From sequence record KU521356.1: a stretch of 64,000 nucleotides of DNA. The stretch is one strand, 5' to 3'. Shown piece after piece: positions 8,600 through 17,840 of this stretch (position 1 is its first letter; every line of letters starts with the position of its first letter). The notes below the pieces were generated by a model. The model was not told the DNA's origin, did no database searches, and worked only from the letters and a program-made list of their open reading frames with translations. The position numbers were made by a program, and so were the translations under genes.

Positions 8600-10138
8600 A
8601 TGAAACCGATTCTTACAGCAGAACGATACACCCATGGTGTTCGTTTATCCGGTTACGATCGGGAAACATACTTAAAGATGACTGGATATCTTAATAAACT
8701 GGTTTTAAAAGAACCTAAGAAGATACCTGGTCAACGCACCATAATGGAAATAAAGAAAAAATATTATGGTGAAACAGAAGATGGTAAATCTGTATTCATC
8801 CATCGTGAATGTCTTCAAGAACTTATTAATTATCTAGCCGATAAGAATATACCATCTACTAGAATTGAAATTGTAGATATTCCTGTACCAACAGCTGTTA
8901 AAGTAGACTATACTTTATTTGAACATTATGTTCTAAGGGATTATCAGGAAACCATCCGCGAAGATATTCTAAGACCACATTTACATTCAGCACGTGTTGA
9001 TTTACAGACTGGTAAAGGTAAAACCTTAACTAGTTTAGCTTCAGTTGCAGTAATGAAAGAACGTGGTGTTGTTATGATTCCACCTAAATATTTCGGTATT
9101 TGGGAGAAAGCATTAAAAGAAACATTTGTTGGTTATGAAGATCAGCTAGGTATAAAATATTTAAAAGTATCTGGATCTGCTGAGTTACAGAATCTAATTA
9201 ATCGCGGACTAGAGAATGATTTAGAGGGTGTTGAAATTATTCTCATTAGTTCTACAACATACCGTGCATATATCGATACTTTTGAACGATTAGGTGAAAA
9301 AATCGATGTAGTTGGATTTAATGTACCACCACCTAGATTCCATGAGGTTATTGGAGCAGGTTGGCAGATCAATGATGAGATTCAAGAAGATCCAGGATTA
9401 GTATTTCGTACTGATCTATATACCAATGTCAATAAACAAATCTATTTATCAGCTACTCCATACACTGGTAATCAGTTTGTTACTAAAATGATTGATGTCA
9501 TGCTACCTGCTACTACAAAGTGTAGGTTACCTGCATATGACTCATACATCAATGTTATTGGCTTGTTGTATAGTGAACCAACTATTAAACCTAAGGACTA
9601 TTTAACTCCATTTAAAAATACATATAACCATGCTCGTTATGAAACAGTAATGATGAAGAATCCTAGGCGACTAGACTTCTATTTAAAGATGGTTAAACGT
9701 ATTGTAGATGGCGTTTATATAAAGGATCGTATTGAAGGTCAGAAATGTTTGCTATTATGCGCGACTGTAAACTTTATCGATGTACTGACAGCTTATCTTA
9801 AGAAACAATATCCAGATCTTCAGATTAATAGACATGTTTCGGGTAGTCCGTATGATAGATTAATGACTAATGATATCACTGTATCAACTATTAAATCATC
9901 TGGTACTGGTGTTGATATTAGGAATTTAAGGGAAGTTATTCTATTACAAGCAACTGACTCTAAAAAGGACAGCATCCAAATTCTTGGACGACTAAGACCA
10001 TTGAAGAACTGGCCTGATGTAATACCAAGGTTAACATTCATGGTTTGTAATAACATACCTCATCATTGCAGATACGCTAGAAATAAAGAAAATCATTTCA
10101 TGGGTAAAACTAAAAGTATGCGCATGATGCGTTTATAG
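8600..10138 (+). CDS. Superfamily 2 (DExD/H-like) helicase (phiKZ gp75-like)
   Basis: Walker A LQTGKGKT, NDEIQ, LSATP and QILGRLRP motifs. ATG at 8600 (MKPILTAE) chosen over the track GTG at 8525. Confidence 0.88.
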   Translation: MKPILTAERYTHGVRLSGYDRETYLKMTGYLNKLVLKEPKKIPGQRTIMEIKKKYYGETEDGKSVFIHRECLQELINYLADKNIPSTRIEIVDIPVPTAVKVDYTLFEHYVLRDYQETIREDILRPHLHSARVDLQTGKGKTLTSLASVAVMKERGVVMIPPKYFGIWEKALKETFVGYEDQLGIKYLKVSGSAELQNLINRGLENDLEGVEIILISSTTYRAYIDTFERLGEKIDVVGFNVPPPRFHEVIGAGWQINDEIQEDPGLVFRTDLYTNVNKQIYLSATPYTGNQFVTKMIDVMLPATTKCRLPAYDSYINVIGLLYSEPTIKPKDYLTPFKNTYNHARYETVMMKNPRRLDFYLKMVKRIVDGVYIKDRIEGQKCLLLCATVNFIDVLTAYLKKQYPDLQINRHVSGSPYDRLMTNDITVSTIKSSGTGVDIRNLREVILLQATDSKKDSIQILGRLRPLKNWPDVIPRLTFMVCNNIPHHCRYARNKENHFMGKTKSMRMMRL

Positions 10139-10153
10139 TAAATGGCATAAATG

Positions 10154-10177
10154 ATCCCTCCCTTAGTTGGGAGGGAT
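10154..10177. terminator. Intrinsic terminator of the helicase operon
   Basis: ATCCCTCCC-TTAGTT-GGGAGGGAT hairpin followed by TATG and T runs. Confidence 0.85.
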
Positions 10178-10209
10178 TATGCTTTTTTTATTTTTTGTAT
10201 TTAAAGCAT

Positions 10210-10226
10210 TTTAAACAGTATATCAC
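10210..10226 (+). promoter_or_regulatory. Early promoter TTTAAACAGTATATCAC
   Basis: One mismatch to TATATTAC; same TTAAACAGTATAT context as the 46749 and 47937 sites. Confidence 0.75.
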
Positions 10227-10255
10227 AAATGTGATAAAACTATAGGGTATTTACA

Positions 10256-10321
10256 ATGAAGAAAAAATTGATTATGATTACAATTGTAGTTATAGCTTAT
10301 AAACTATGGGAGTGGAAATAA
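10256..10321 (+). CDS. 21-aa single-pass membrane microprotein MKKKLIMITIVVIAYKLWEWK
   Basis: First ATG after the early promoter, AGGG upstream, TAATG overlap with the next gene. Confidence 0.55.
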   Translation: MKKKLIMITIVVIAYKLWEWK

Positions 10322-10578
10322 TGTATACAGTTGATCAGATCTTTGGTGCAACATGGCTTCTAGTCAGTACTTTGATCTTAGTTGATATTCTTCTAACATG
10401 CATGCTGATATTTATTATTAAAACATATCTTGAGTTTAAAGATATCTTTAATAAAAGTGCATGCCAGTACGCTATGCTTTTTCTCTCCGTAAGCATTGTA
10501 TTAGTTACCATATGGGTAAGTACTATTGTTAGTTGCTGGACTAACTATTCACTGACATGTACAACTTATCTATTTTGA
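10321..10578 (+). CDS. Small membrane protein with two hydrophobic segments
   Basis: GGAG RBS, ATG at 10321 (MYTVDQ), strongly hydrophobic sequence. Confidence 0.7.
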   Translation: MYTVDQIFGATWLLVSTLILVDILLTCMLIFIIKTYLEFKDIFNKSACQYAMLFLSVSIVLVTIWVSTIVSCWTNYSLTCTTYLF

Positions 10579-10590
10579 TGAGGTGTCTAT

Positions 10591-10782
10591 ATGGCTCGGG
10601 TATTGTTATTTTTAGTACCACTATTAATTGCATTTAGTGGATTAATAACTTCAATTATATTTCTTGCTGCTGCTAAAACAATCAAACAAAAAGCAATGAT
10701 TGTAAGTGGCTTGATTTGCAGTATGTTTACCCTTATGTTAGGGTTGTGGTTATTTAATATGATAATCATGCATATTAAATAG
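10591..10782 (+). CDS. Small membrane protein (63 aa, two hydrophobic segments)
   Basis: GAGGTG RBS; hydrophobic throughout. Confidence 0.75.
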   Translation: MARVLLFLVPLLIAFSGLITSIIFLAAAKTIKQKAMIVSGLICSMFTLMLGLWLFNMIIMHIK

Positions 10783-10837
10783 ACATGCTATGTAAGAACA
10801 ATTGATCATTGTTCTCTAATAATAAGAGCATCCCACT

Positions 10838-11032
10838 ATGGTCTTTTTGTGTCAACTTATAGTAATAGCCCTTGTGGCTAGTATGGGATATAAAAGTTAT
10901 CAGATTTATCTTTATGTCAAGTTTGACTTAGATAAAGATAGTATTAAATCCCGGTATGTTCGCCAAAAGACACTGCTTGTTGTTTTATATGGCTTCTTTG
11001 CTTTATTCCCATTAGGATATCTGATGGTTTAA
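10838..11032 (+). CDS. Small membrane protein (64 aa)
   Basis: Two hydrophobic segments; ends just before a hairpin. Confidence 0.6.
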   Translation: MVFLCQLIVIALVASMGYKSYQIYLYVKFDLDKDSIKSRYVRQKTLLVVLYGFFALFPLGYLMV

Positions 11033-11035
11033 TAA

Positions 11036-11068
11036 ATATTACCCCGCCTTTTATTGGTGGGGTAATAT
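11036..11068 (+). terminator. Terminator-like hairpin
   Basis: ATATTACCCCGCC-TTTTATT-GGTGGGGTAATAT, running into TATG at 11066-11069. Confidence 0.6.
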
Positions 11069-11127
11069 GCCATCTTTATATCAAAAGACTTTTGAATATC
11101 ATATCCCACCCTGATAAGGAGTAGACC

Positions 11128-11271
11128 ATGCAAGTACGAATTGAGGTAATCAATAGTGAGGGCAATCTGGATATCGAAGAACGGGTTGATATCCGCCCAA
11201 TGAAGGGGTTAACGGCCTGGATGGTCGCTCTAGCTATCAAAGGTCTTGTAGCTAGCTTTGCACGTAAGTAA
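11128..11271 (+). CDS. 47-aa hypothetical protein missed by the ORF track
   Basis: AGGAG RBS, MQVRIEVINSEGNLDIEERVDIRPMKGLTAWMVALAIKGLVASFARK, stop next to the terminator. Confidence 0.7.
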   Translation: MQVRIEVINSEGNLDIEERVDIRPMKGLTAWMVALAIKGLVASFARK

Positions 11272-11282
11272 GGCGACATAAA

Positions 11283-11304
11283 CCCCTCTCCATGTGGAGA
11301 GGGG
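11283..11304. terminator. Bidirectional terminator
   Basis: CCCCTCTCCA-TG-TGGAGAGGGG between convergent genes, T-rich on both strands. Confidence 0.8.
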
Positions 11305-11321
11305 TCTGTCTTTATTTTTTT

Positions 11322-11837
11322 TTATTTAGTTAACGGCTTGTTTAATTCATTTAACTGGTTATTGTTATTAACAGCTTCATTATGGGTAATATTTCTACAT
11401 AATTCAATTATGTATTCTACCTCAGAATAAGCTAATTCAAAGAATTCAGTTAATGACATATTAGATAAGCTACCTACTTTATACTTGAAGAAATCTCTAG
11501 TCAGTCTCCTTCTCAACCCACCTTCGATAAAGTCCTCTTTAGGATTTACCTTATTTAACCACATGGGTCCGTTTTCTGGTGAACCGATATCGTAATCAAG
11601 TAGATATGCTTCTCTTGTTAAACGTGCTGCTGTAGACGGTCTTACTGCCCCTACTGTCGATAATAGTCTATCTAAGTGTGTATCATCTTCAGTTAACTTA
11701 TCATAACCAAAGTTTGGATGTAGGATGTGACCACTATCTTCCTTGAAAGTGGCCTCAAGACGACTATATCTCAGATCATTAACTACACCATCCGGTTTGA
11801 CTTCGAGGCCGCCAAAGTAAAAAAAGTTGACAGCATG
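11322..11837 (-). CDS. Open frame with no canonical start for its first 91 codons; predicted -1 frameshift extension of the gp77-like protein
   Basis: Manual translation shows no stop from 11837 to 11322 and no ATG/GTG/TTG until 11564. It lies in the -1 frame relative to 11783..13384 and spans the T7 run. Confidence 0.7.
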   Translation of the reverse strand, partial: HAVNFFYFGGLEVKPDGVVNDLRYSRLEATFKEDSGHILHPNFGYDKLTEDDTHLDRLLSTVGAVRPSTAARLTREAYLLDYDIGSPENGPMWLNKVNPKEDFIEGGLRRRLTRDFFKYKVGSLSNMSLTEFFELAYSEVEYIIELCRNITHNEAVNNNNQLNELNKPLTK

Positions 11838-13384
11838 TCAATAGGGATTAAGTGTGGGAAACGTTCTTTAAATTTAGTAGCAGCAGGTGACTCACATACT
11901 GGACAATTCCAACTTGTAATTGCAATCATTCCAATTAGTTGTGAATCAATGAAGTTACTCACCGCATTAATAAAGCGGTCATTATATTCCGGTGTGGATA
12001 GAATATTAGTTAAGAACTTTTCAATAGTTTCACGATTAGTGGTTGCAGTACGAATATTGTCTTCAGAACTTTCACCATCGTCATCTTCACGTACTTTAAT
12101 TTCTTTAACAAAATGTGAGAACTGACGGGCAATAGAGATCTTTTGTAAACGTGCAATATACTGAGAACGTTGCGGACCATCGACTGGTTCATTAAAACTA
12201 CCTTGAGTCATATCGATAATTGAGTTAATCCAACTATCACCAGACTCTCGGCGATCAGCAATTGTACACATCTCAAGAACAACACCAACGTCACCAAACA
12301 TTTCAGTTACTTGAGTTTCAATACGGAATCCTTCTTTATAAGTCTTAAGATCAGATTCAGTACATGCATTAAACTTACGTGCAATATATTTCTTTTGTTC
12401 TTCTGAGAATGCCAGTAGATCATATTGAACAAGCGTTGACATATTAAGTTTCGCTGTTTCAATATGGTTACATGTATTGGCATCTGCAATGCATGGATAA
12501 CTATAATTAAATCCATCTGGATACATAGTCGCCGCTAGTGCGTGATGCAAGAACGGCTCATCAGCTACTGAGATAACATGCTCTAGATCAGTTGGGGTGT
12601 TGAACTTATAGTTGGATTGAATAACACATGCAAGTGCTAAACTACTAACCATGTTAAGTAACACAGCTGCCATGTTTGAGAACAGCATACCTTTTGATTC
12701 AGCGCCTAGCCGGATCTTTAATTGTGCTAGACGTGCTTGTAGGGCAGCTACTTCAGTACCAGTAGGTGCACGTAGTTTTACCCAAATACCTGAATGAGGT
12801 AGGAAAGTATCATATGGCGTACCGATGTTAGCTTTACGTGTTAGGAAAACTAGAGTTTCATCATCGGTCATTTTACGACCATTGGTATTAAATACAGGTC
12901 GGCCAGGTCGAATGATCTTTTCACCATAAGGAATTTCACTAGACCATTCAGAACCTTCTCGGGCAGTTGCACCGATTGGTGCATCTTCAACAATAGAGTG
13001 AGCTAAGCCTTCCAGAATAGCAGCTGTCCACTTTACACCGTCACTAGTGTCATCTACTTTATTATCAGCAAATGCTTTAAATAGTTCTTTATTGTGATCC
13101 AGGAAATTATAAACAGTCTGGGGATTCTCACGTAGTAAAGTAAGAATGCTAGCACTATCTTTAATAGCCGGTTCAGAAGCATCCCGGATATTTCCAGTTT
13201 TAGCATTACGTGGAATACGTAGTTTAATTTCTTTTTGATCAGGAACGAAAGGTGGAGTTTCCACCTCGTCATTATTTTCAATACTAGAGTCAGGATCGTG
13301 TTGCGCATTGATCTCATCAATTTGATCTAGTAAATTCTCTTCTGGAGTATCATCGTACTCATTATCGAAGTCAGCAGTAGCCAT
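11783..13384 (-). CDS. phiKZ gp77-like protein; possible tail/baseplate assembly chaperone
   Basis: 533 aa with acidic N-terminus, YPCIADANTC and a C-terminal CPVC motif. Function is inference. Confidence 0.6.
   Translation of the reverse strand: MATADFDNEYDDTPEENLLDQIDEINAQHDPDSSIENNDEVETPPFVPDQKEIKLRIPRNAKTGNIRDASEPAIKDSASILTLLRENPQTVYNFLDHNKELFKAFADNKVDDTSDGVKWTAAILEGLAHSIVEDAPIGATAREGSEWSSEIPYGEKIIRPGRPVFNTNGRKMTDDETLVFLTRKANIGTPYDTFLPHSGIWVKLRAPTGTEVAALQARLAQLKIRLGAESKGMLFSNMAAVLLNMVSSLALACVIQSNYKFNTPTDLEHVISVADEPFLHHALAATMYPDGFNYSYPCIADANTCNHIETAKLNMSTLVQYDLLAFSEEQKKYIARKFNACTESDLKTYKEGFRIETQVTEMFGDVGVVLEMCTIADRRESGDSWINSIIDMTQGSFNEPVDGPQRSQYIARLQKISIARQFSHFVKEIKVREDDDGESSEDNIRTATTNRETIEKFLTNILSTPEYNDRFINAVSNFIDSQLIGMIAITSWNCPVCESPAATKFKERFPHLIPIDMLSTFFTLAASKSNRMV
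11819..11825 (-). other. Candidate -1 ribosomal slippery site T_TTT_TTT
   Basis: Minus strand ACT TTT TTT ACT (T-F-F-T), 11 codons before the stop of the upstream gene. Confidence 0.65.
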
Positions 13385-13395
13385 TTAAAACTCCA

Positions 13396-13890
13396 TTATT
13401 GTTGAATTAGTTTTTCGTCCCAACCAGCTTCTCGAAGAGTGCCGATCATCGCTAGGATTACACCATCAATACCGCGTTCAATAGCACCTTCAATACCAGT
13501 GTATTTAGTAACAAGTTCACTGATGAGTTTTAGTTCATCTTCATTATTTGCTGGACCAGCCTTACCTTGATGTTGTGCATATAGGACACTGATAATTTTA
13601 GTTAGTCGATTAAGGTCAGCAATAACTGTTTGTAGGTTCTTTTGGAATCCAGTAGGATCAGATAACGTCGGAATGATTTCATTGATCTTATTGATAACTG
13701 GATTAATGAATACTTCAGTTTGTAGAATACGTTTACCTACGGAACCTGCTAGTACATTGACAACATCCCAACCATCACGGTTAAGAATATGATCAGCTGC
13801 GGCAGCTGATGCTCCAACTGCACGTTCAAATAGACGTAGAGTCTTTTCCTGTTCTTTAGTTAGAGTTGGTTCTTTAGCTTTATTTGACAT
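13396..13890 (-). CDS. Hypothetical protein (phiKZ gp78-like)
   Basis: 164-aa ORF, GGAG upstream, tightly spaced with the downstream gene. Confidence 0.75.
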   Translation of the reverse strand: MSNKAKEPTLTKEQEKTLRLFERAVGASAAAADHILNRDGWDVVNVLAGSVGKRILQTEVFINPVINKINEIIPTLSDPTGFQKNLQTVIADLNRLTKIISVLYAQHQGKAGPANNEDELKLISELVTKYTGIEGAIERGIDGVILAMIGTLREAGWDEKLIQQ

Positions 13891-14061
13891 CTTGTTATAC
13901 TCCGATAGAGGCTTAATTTAATATTTGCCAATATAAATTGACAAATGAAAAAAATGATTAGTTCAACATATATTTAACACATTTGGTAATTTTACACTAT
14001 ATTAAAGAATAACTATCTGTCCAACCCTATGTTAATAATTCCGTATAAAAAGGATATCGTC

Positions 14062-14919
14062 ATGAAAGATTTCATTGATAGTTATCTTACGCCTCTTATA
14101 CATGAAGAGCGTAAAGAAGTTATCCTAGACTGTGTAGCATCTTTTGAAAAGATCAATTATGTTGCAGCTCTAGATGAACTAAATACAGTATGTCAGATTC
14201 AATCAGGTATCTCAGATAATGCAATGCTTCTTTCTCGCATTGATGATATCATTCGCATTGCACAAGATGAAATTCTAAATGAACATCTTATTAAAATTAG
14301 TGATGAAGCAACTCAGGCTGAACGGCAAGCTGTTGTTAATACACTCCTTAGTTTAGAAGATTACATTATTCCAGATGAAGTGAATGATATTCTGTTAGCC
14401 GAATATTCACCCGAAGAGACGTTAGCACATCTGGTAGAACTTATCGATACAAGTGTAGATTTCTTAAATATCATTGACTTAATTGAAAGTGTATCACCAA
14501 CACTTATTAGTAATATTACATCATTTATTCAGTCAGTACTTACTACCCGTGGTCAAGCATATGGAAATGTAAGTAATGTCGAACGGATTAATTTAATTAA
14601 TCGCCTTATTCGTATTCATACGCGCGCATCATTTAAGTTAGCTATGGAACTAGTTAATGCGGGATTACGTGTTGGTAAAAGGAATATTGATGACCTATTA
14701 CAAATTTCATTTGGCCCATTAGATGCTATGACACCTATTGAAGTTGCTAAAGAAATTGTCGGATTGGTATTAATTTCAAATACTGAACAGAATGAAATTA
14801 GTAGAACCGTAATGAGTATTATAGATGATTTCACATCTAACAATATTGAACGATCTATTATGGAAAATGAAGCTAAAAAGATTTTAAATAGCATAGGTGA
14901 TACTAATGAAATTACGTGA
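14062..14919 (+). CDS. Hypothetical protein (phiKZ gp79-like)
   Basis: AAGGA RBS before ATG at 14062 (MKDFIDSY); TATG at 14028-14031 upstream. Confidence 0.75.
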   Translation: MKDFIDSYLTPLIHEERKEVILDCVASFEKINYVAALDELNTVCQIQSGISDNAMLLSRIDDIIRIAQDEILNEHLIKISDEATQAERQAVVNTLLSLEDYIIPDEVNDILLAEYSPEETLAHLVELIDTSVDFLNIIDLIESVSPTLISNITSFIQSVLTTRGQAYGNVSNVERINLINRLIRIHTRASFKLAMELVNAGLRVGKRNIDDLLQISFGPLDAMTPIEVAKEIVGLVLISNTEQNEISRTVMSIIDDFTSNNIERSIMENEAKKILNSIGDTNEIT

Positions 14920-16255
14920 TTATTTTCTAATGGGTATCAATGCTGGATTAGATAAGAAACGAGCATGGGTTAACGTTTTATTTAATATCGTTTATAACCC
15001 AAATGATGGTGGTGAATATCTATACAAGCCATATTTCAAAGATGGTAAAATGTTCTTCTATAAAGAAGGCGATTCTAATGATGAAGTTGTTTATATCGAC
15101 GATTATATTGAAGGTAAACAACCATTAGCATTTCGAGATGAATTCATTTTACAACCTGGTGAAATTGAAAACTATAAAGGACCAGGTGCATTAAGAACAA
15201 CTTATGGTAACGTTTTTGTTAACCATTTAGTATTATGTTTACCTTTTGGTGATCTGTTCCCATTCCAATCTGGTTATTTCGATATTGGTAAAGTTGAGAA
15301 AGAAATTCTTAACCGCATGATCGATGATCCAATTGATGATGATAATCCACCGCGTGCAACTGATGGTAAGTTATATGTATGGCAATATCGGATGTTTGCA
15401 GATCATTGTTTAGCATTGCCAGCATATGCCAGTACCTTGGTAACATCCATTACTGAGAAATCAATGACCTCTGCACCAGACAGAGATAAGTTACGTAAAG
15501 AACTAGAAGAGAAATATAAAGATCGGTTAGATGATCCGGCTGTTATTGCAGAAATGGGTAATGCATTAATCAAGCTAGATGAGGACTATCTAAAAGACGA
15601 TCCTTCTTATGAGTTCTATGACACTAAACATAGTAAATTATTTGGTGGCGTGCGTAAGAAAGTATTTGGTATGTTTGGTGGGGAAGCGCCATTCCAAGAT
15701 GGTACATCAGTTGAATATATCGGTAAATCATTGGAAGAAGGCATTGACACTGACCATATGCCAGTAATGAATAACTCATTACGTTATGGTTCATATAACC
15801 GTGGTGCACAAACAGCCCTAGGCGGTGAGTCAACTAAAACGATTTATCGAATGGTTGGTACAGTCAGGATTATTATGGAAGACTGCAATACATGGATAGG
15901 TATTCCAACTACTGTTCACCAATTTAATAAGAAAGATTTCATTGGCTTGTCTTATGTTAAGAATGGGAAATCTATCCTTATTGAAGAAACTAATATTGAT
16001 GAACTAGTTGGCACTGAGATTGAACTACGTGGTCCAATGACATGTAAGGCCGGTGGTGATCCAGCTAATGGTGTAATAGGTAGAGGTAAGAACGTATGTG
16101 CTGTCTGTATGGGTAAACAAATGTCAGAGAACCCCAATGGCATTCCGGCAGCAGCAGCAGGTGTTGGTGGTCGATTCCTATCCATCTTCATGTCTAAAAT
16201 GCACAGTGCTGTTCTTAAGACTGTTAAATGGTCTTATCGCGATCGCATCAGTTAA
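14906..16255 (+). CDS. Virion RNA polymerase beta' subunit C-terminal part (phiKZ gp80-like)
   Basis: KSLEEG, Zn-site RGPMTC...VCAVCMG and trigger-loop-like AAAGVGGRFLSIFMSKMH; AGGTGA RBS. Confidence 0.85.
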   Translation: MKLRDYFLMGINAGLDKKRAWVNVLFNIVYNPNDGGEYLYKPYFKDGKMFFYKEGDSNDEVVYIDDYIEGKQPLAFRDEFILQPGEIENYKGPGALRTTYGNVFVNHLVLCLPFGDLFPFQSGYFDIGKVEKEILNRMIDDPIDDDNPPRATDGKLYVWQYRMFADHCLALPAYASTLVTSITEKSMTSAPDRDKLRKELEEKYKDRLDDPAVIAEMGNALIKLDEDYLKDDPSYEFYDTKHSKLFGGVRKKVFGMFGGEAPFQDGTSVEYIGKSLEEGIDTDHMPVMNNSLRYGSYNRGAQTALGGESTKTIYRMVGTVRIIMEDCNTWIGIPTTVHQFNKKDFIGLSYVKNGKSILIEETNIDELVGTEIELRGPMTCKAGGDPANGVIGRGKNVCAVCMGKQMSENPNGIPAAAAGVGGRFLSIFMSKMHSAVLKTVKWSYRDRIS

Positions 16256-16260
16256 AATAG

Positions 16261-16286
16261 ATGGAGAAGTTACTCAGCTTCTCCAT
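16261..16286 (+). terminator. Terminator-like hairpin
   Basis: ATGGAGAAG-TTACTCAG-CTTCTCCAT followed by TATTTT. Confidence 0.6.
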
Positions 16287-16317
16287 TATTTAGATTATAA
16301 CCCGAAAGGAACTAGTA

Positions 16318-17739
16318 ATGTCTAAAAAGAATCAACGATTTGGAAAGTTTCCTCAACTCAATCGTTTACCTGAAAAACCTATTGTCAAAGACGAAGTTTT
16401 ATCAGAAGTAACTGAAGATAAGCCAACTTCTGAAATTGGTCGAGGATTAACAAATATTGAATTAGTATCTCCTGAGGAAGTATATGCTACAGCAGATGAT
16501 ATTAATTCTTCAGTTAATACAGTTAACGATACCTCAGAATTAGCTAAAGTTAATGTAAATGCACTGCGTACTGACCATGATATTCCTGAAACATGGACAG
16601 ATGAAAACGTCATTGAATGGTTTACCAATGATGGCATTGCTAAAGGTAAAACTGAACTCGGTAGCTTTGTATTTGACCCAACCCGTAAATATCGTCCTTA
16701 TGATGAATGGTCAGATGATGAACTAATCGATGCTGCTAACCATCGTCTAACTGGTGTAGTTAATGATATTGCCGATATTGCTGATGATATTTTAACTAAA
16801 AGGGCTAAAGAGAATGAGACTACTGAGGAAGTAATTGTACCGGTAGTTAATGAAGATACTCTGAAACAAGATATTCGCAATACTGAAGACAGTATCAAGC
16901 TTGAAGAATTAGTCAAGCAACTGCGTATTCACACTAGTGATATTCCACTAGATTGGTCTACCCAAGAAGTGGTTGATTTTGTTAAACAAGGTATTACTCC
17001 ACCAAAAACACTACGTGGTAGTTGGGTTAATAGTGTTATTCGTGATAATGCTCCACCTACCGATTGGACGACAGCAGAGCTTGAAGACTGGGCTGAAGGA
17101 CTTATTAAAAATAGTAATCTGATAAAAGATTTTAAAATTGCTATTGAGTTACGCGATCGTTTATTCTTACCTACCACTAGTCAAGATATTGAAACTATTG
17201 TTGAACAATGGAAAGTATTCTCTGGTAAAGATGATATTAAACCAACCGGGGAAGTTAAAATCTTGAATAGTGAATCAACATCTAATGAACCTGTACTTCG
17301 TAAAGGTATGACCAAAATGAACCAAGTATTTATCGAATCTCGTCTAGAGCAGTTTGCCACTGGTGCTAAACCTGGTGACTATATCACTATCGAACGTGGT
17401 GGCGATGCACAAAAGAAACTAGATGATGTATTCAACTACGTAATGACAATCGAAGATATTGAAGGCTTTAAATCAGGCATGGATATTATCTTTGATTTCG
17501 TTAAGAAAAATCGTAATACTCTATTTAGTGAATCTAACGCACTTCGCTTTGTTGCTACTCTACCTACTCAGAATAACCGTCAAGAAGCACACATTAATCT
17601 TCTTACTCTATTCTGCCTATTTACTAGTGATGTATCAGATGCGCTTTATCAGGTAGATATTAACTATCTTGCACGTTTCATCCCTGAAGGTAAGCGGCAA
17701 CTCGTTCTACACTTCTTCCGGCAGAAAGCTGGTATGTAA
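16318..17739 (+). CDS. Hypothetical protein with an internal duplication (phiKZ gp81-like)
   Basis: 473 aa, AAGGA RBS, two related Trp-containing repeats. Confidence 0.75.
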   Translation: MSKKNQRFGKFPQLNRLPEKPIVKDEVLSEVTEDKPTSEIGRGLTNIELVSPEEVYATADDINSSVNTVNDTSELAKVNVNALRTDHDIPETWTDENVIEWFTNDGIAKGKTELGSFVFDPTRKYRPYDEWSDDELIDAANHRLTGVVNDIADIADDILTKRAKENETTEEVIVPVVNEDTLKQDIRNTEDSIKLEELVKQLRIHTSDIPLDWSTQEVVDFVKQGITPPKTLRGSWVNSVIRDNAPPTDWTTAELEDWAEGLIKNSNLIKDFKIAIELRDRLFLPTTSQDIETIVEQWKVFSGKDDIKPTGEVKILNSESTSNEPVLRKGMTKMNQVFIESRLEQFATGAKPGDYITIERGGDAQKKLDDVFNYVMTIEDIEGFKSGMDIIFDFVKKNRNTLFSESNALRFVATLPTQNNRQEAHINLLTLFCLFTSDVSDALYQVDINYLARFIPEGKRQLVLHFFRQKAGM

Positions 17740-17746
17740 ACATATT

Positions 17747-17765
17747 GCCTCCCCTAGGGGAGGCT
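17747..17765. terminator. Intrinsic terminator
   Basis: GCCTCCCC-TAG-GGGGAGGC flanked by CATA and TTTATG. Confidence 0.8.
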
Positions 17766-17840
17766 TTATGCTGATTATTACTTTTACTAGGCACTAATAT
17801 AGTACGTAGATAAATATCAATATGTGCTGAGGTTATAGCA

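Noticed and set aside
8516-8600. Possible frameshift fusion of beta' to the helicase
   Set aside because: The helicase frame is +1 relative to beta', a -1 slip reaches the wrong frame, and a good ATG exists at 8600.
11076-11279. 67-aa minus-strand ORF in the track
   Set aside because: The plus strand has a better gene (11128..11271) with an AGGAG RBS and a stop next to the terminator.
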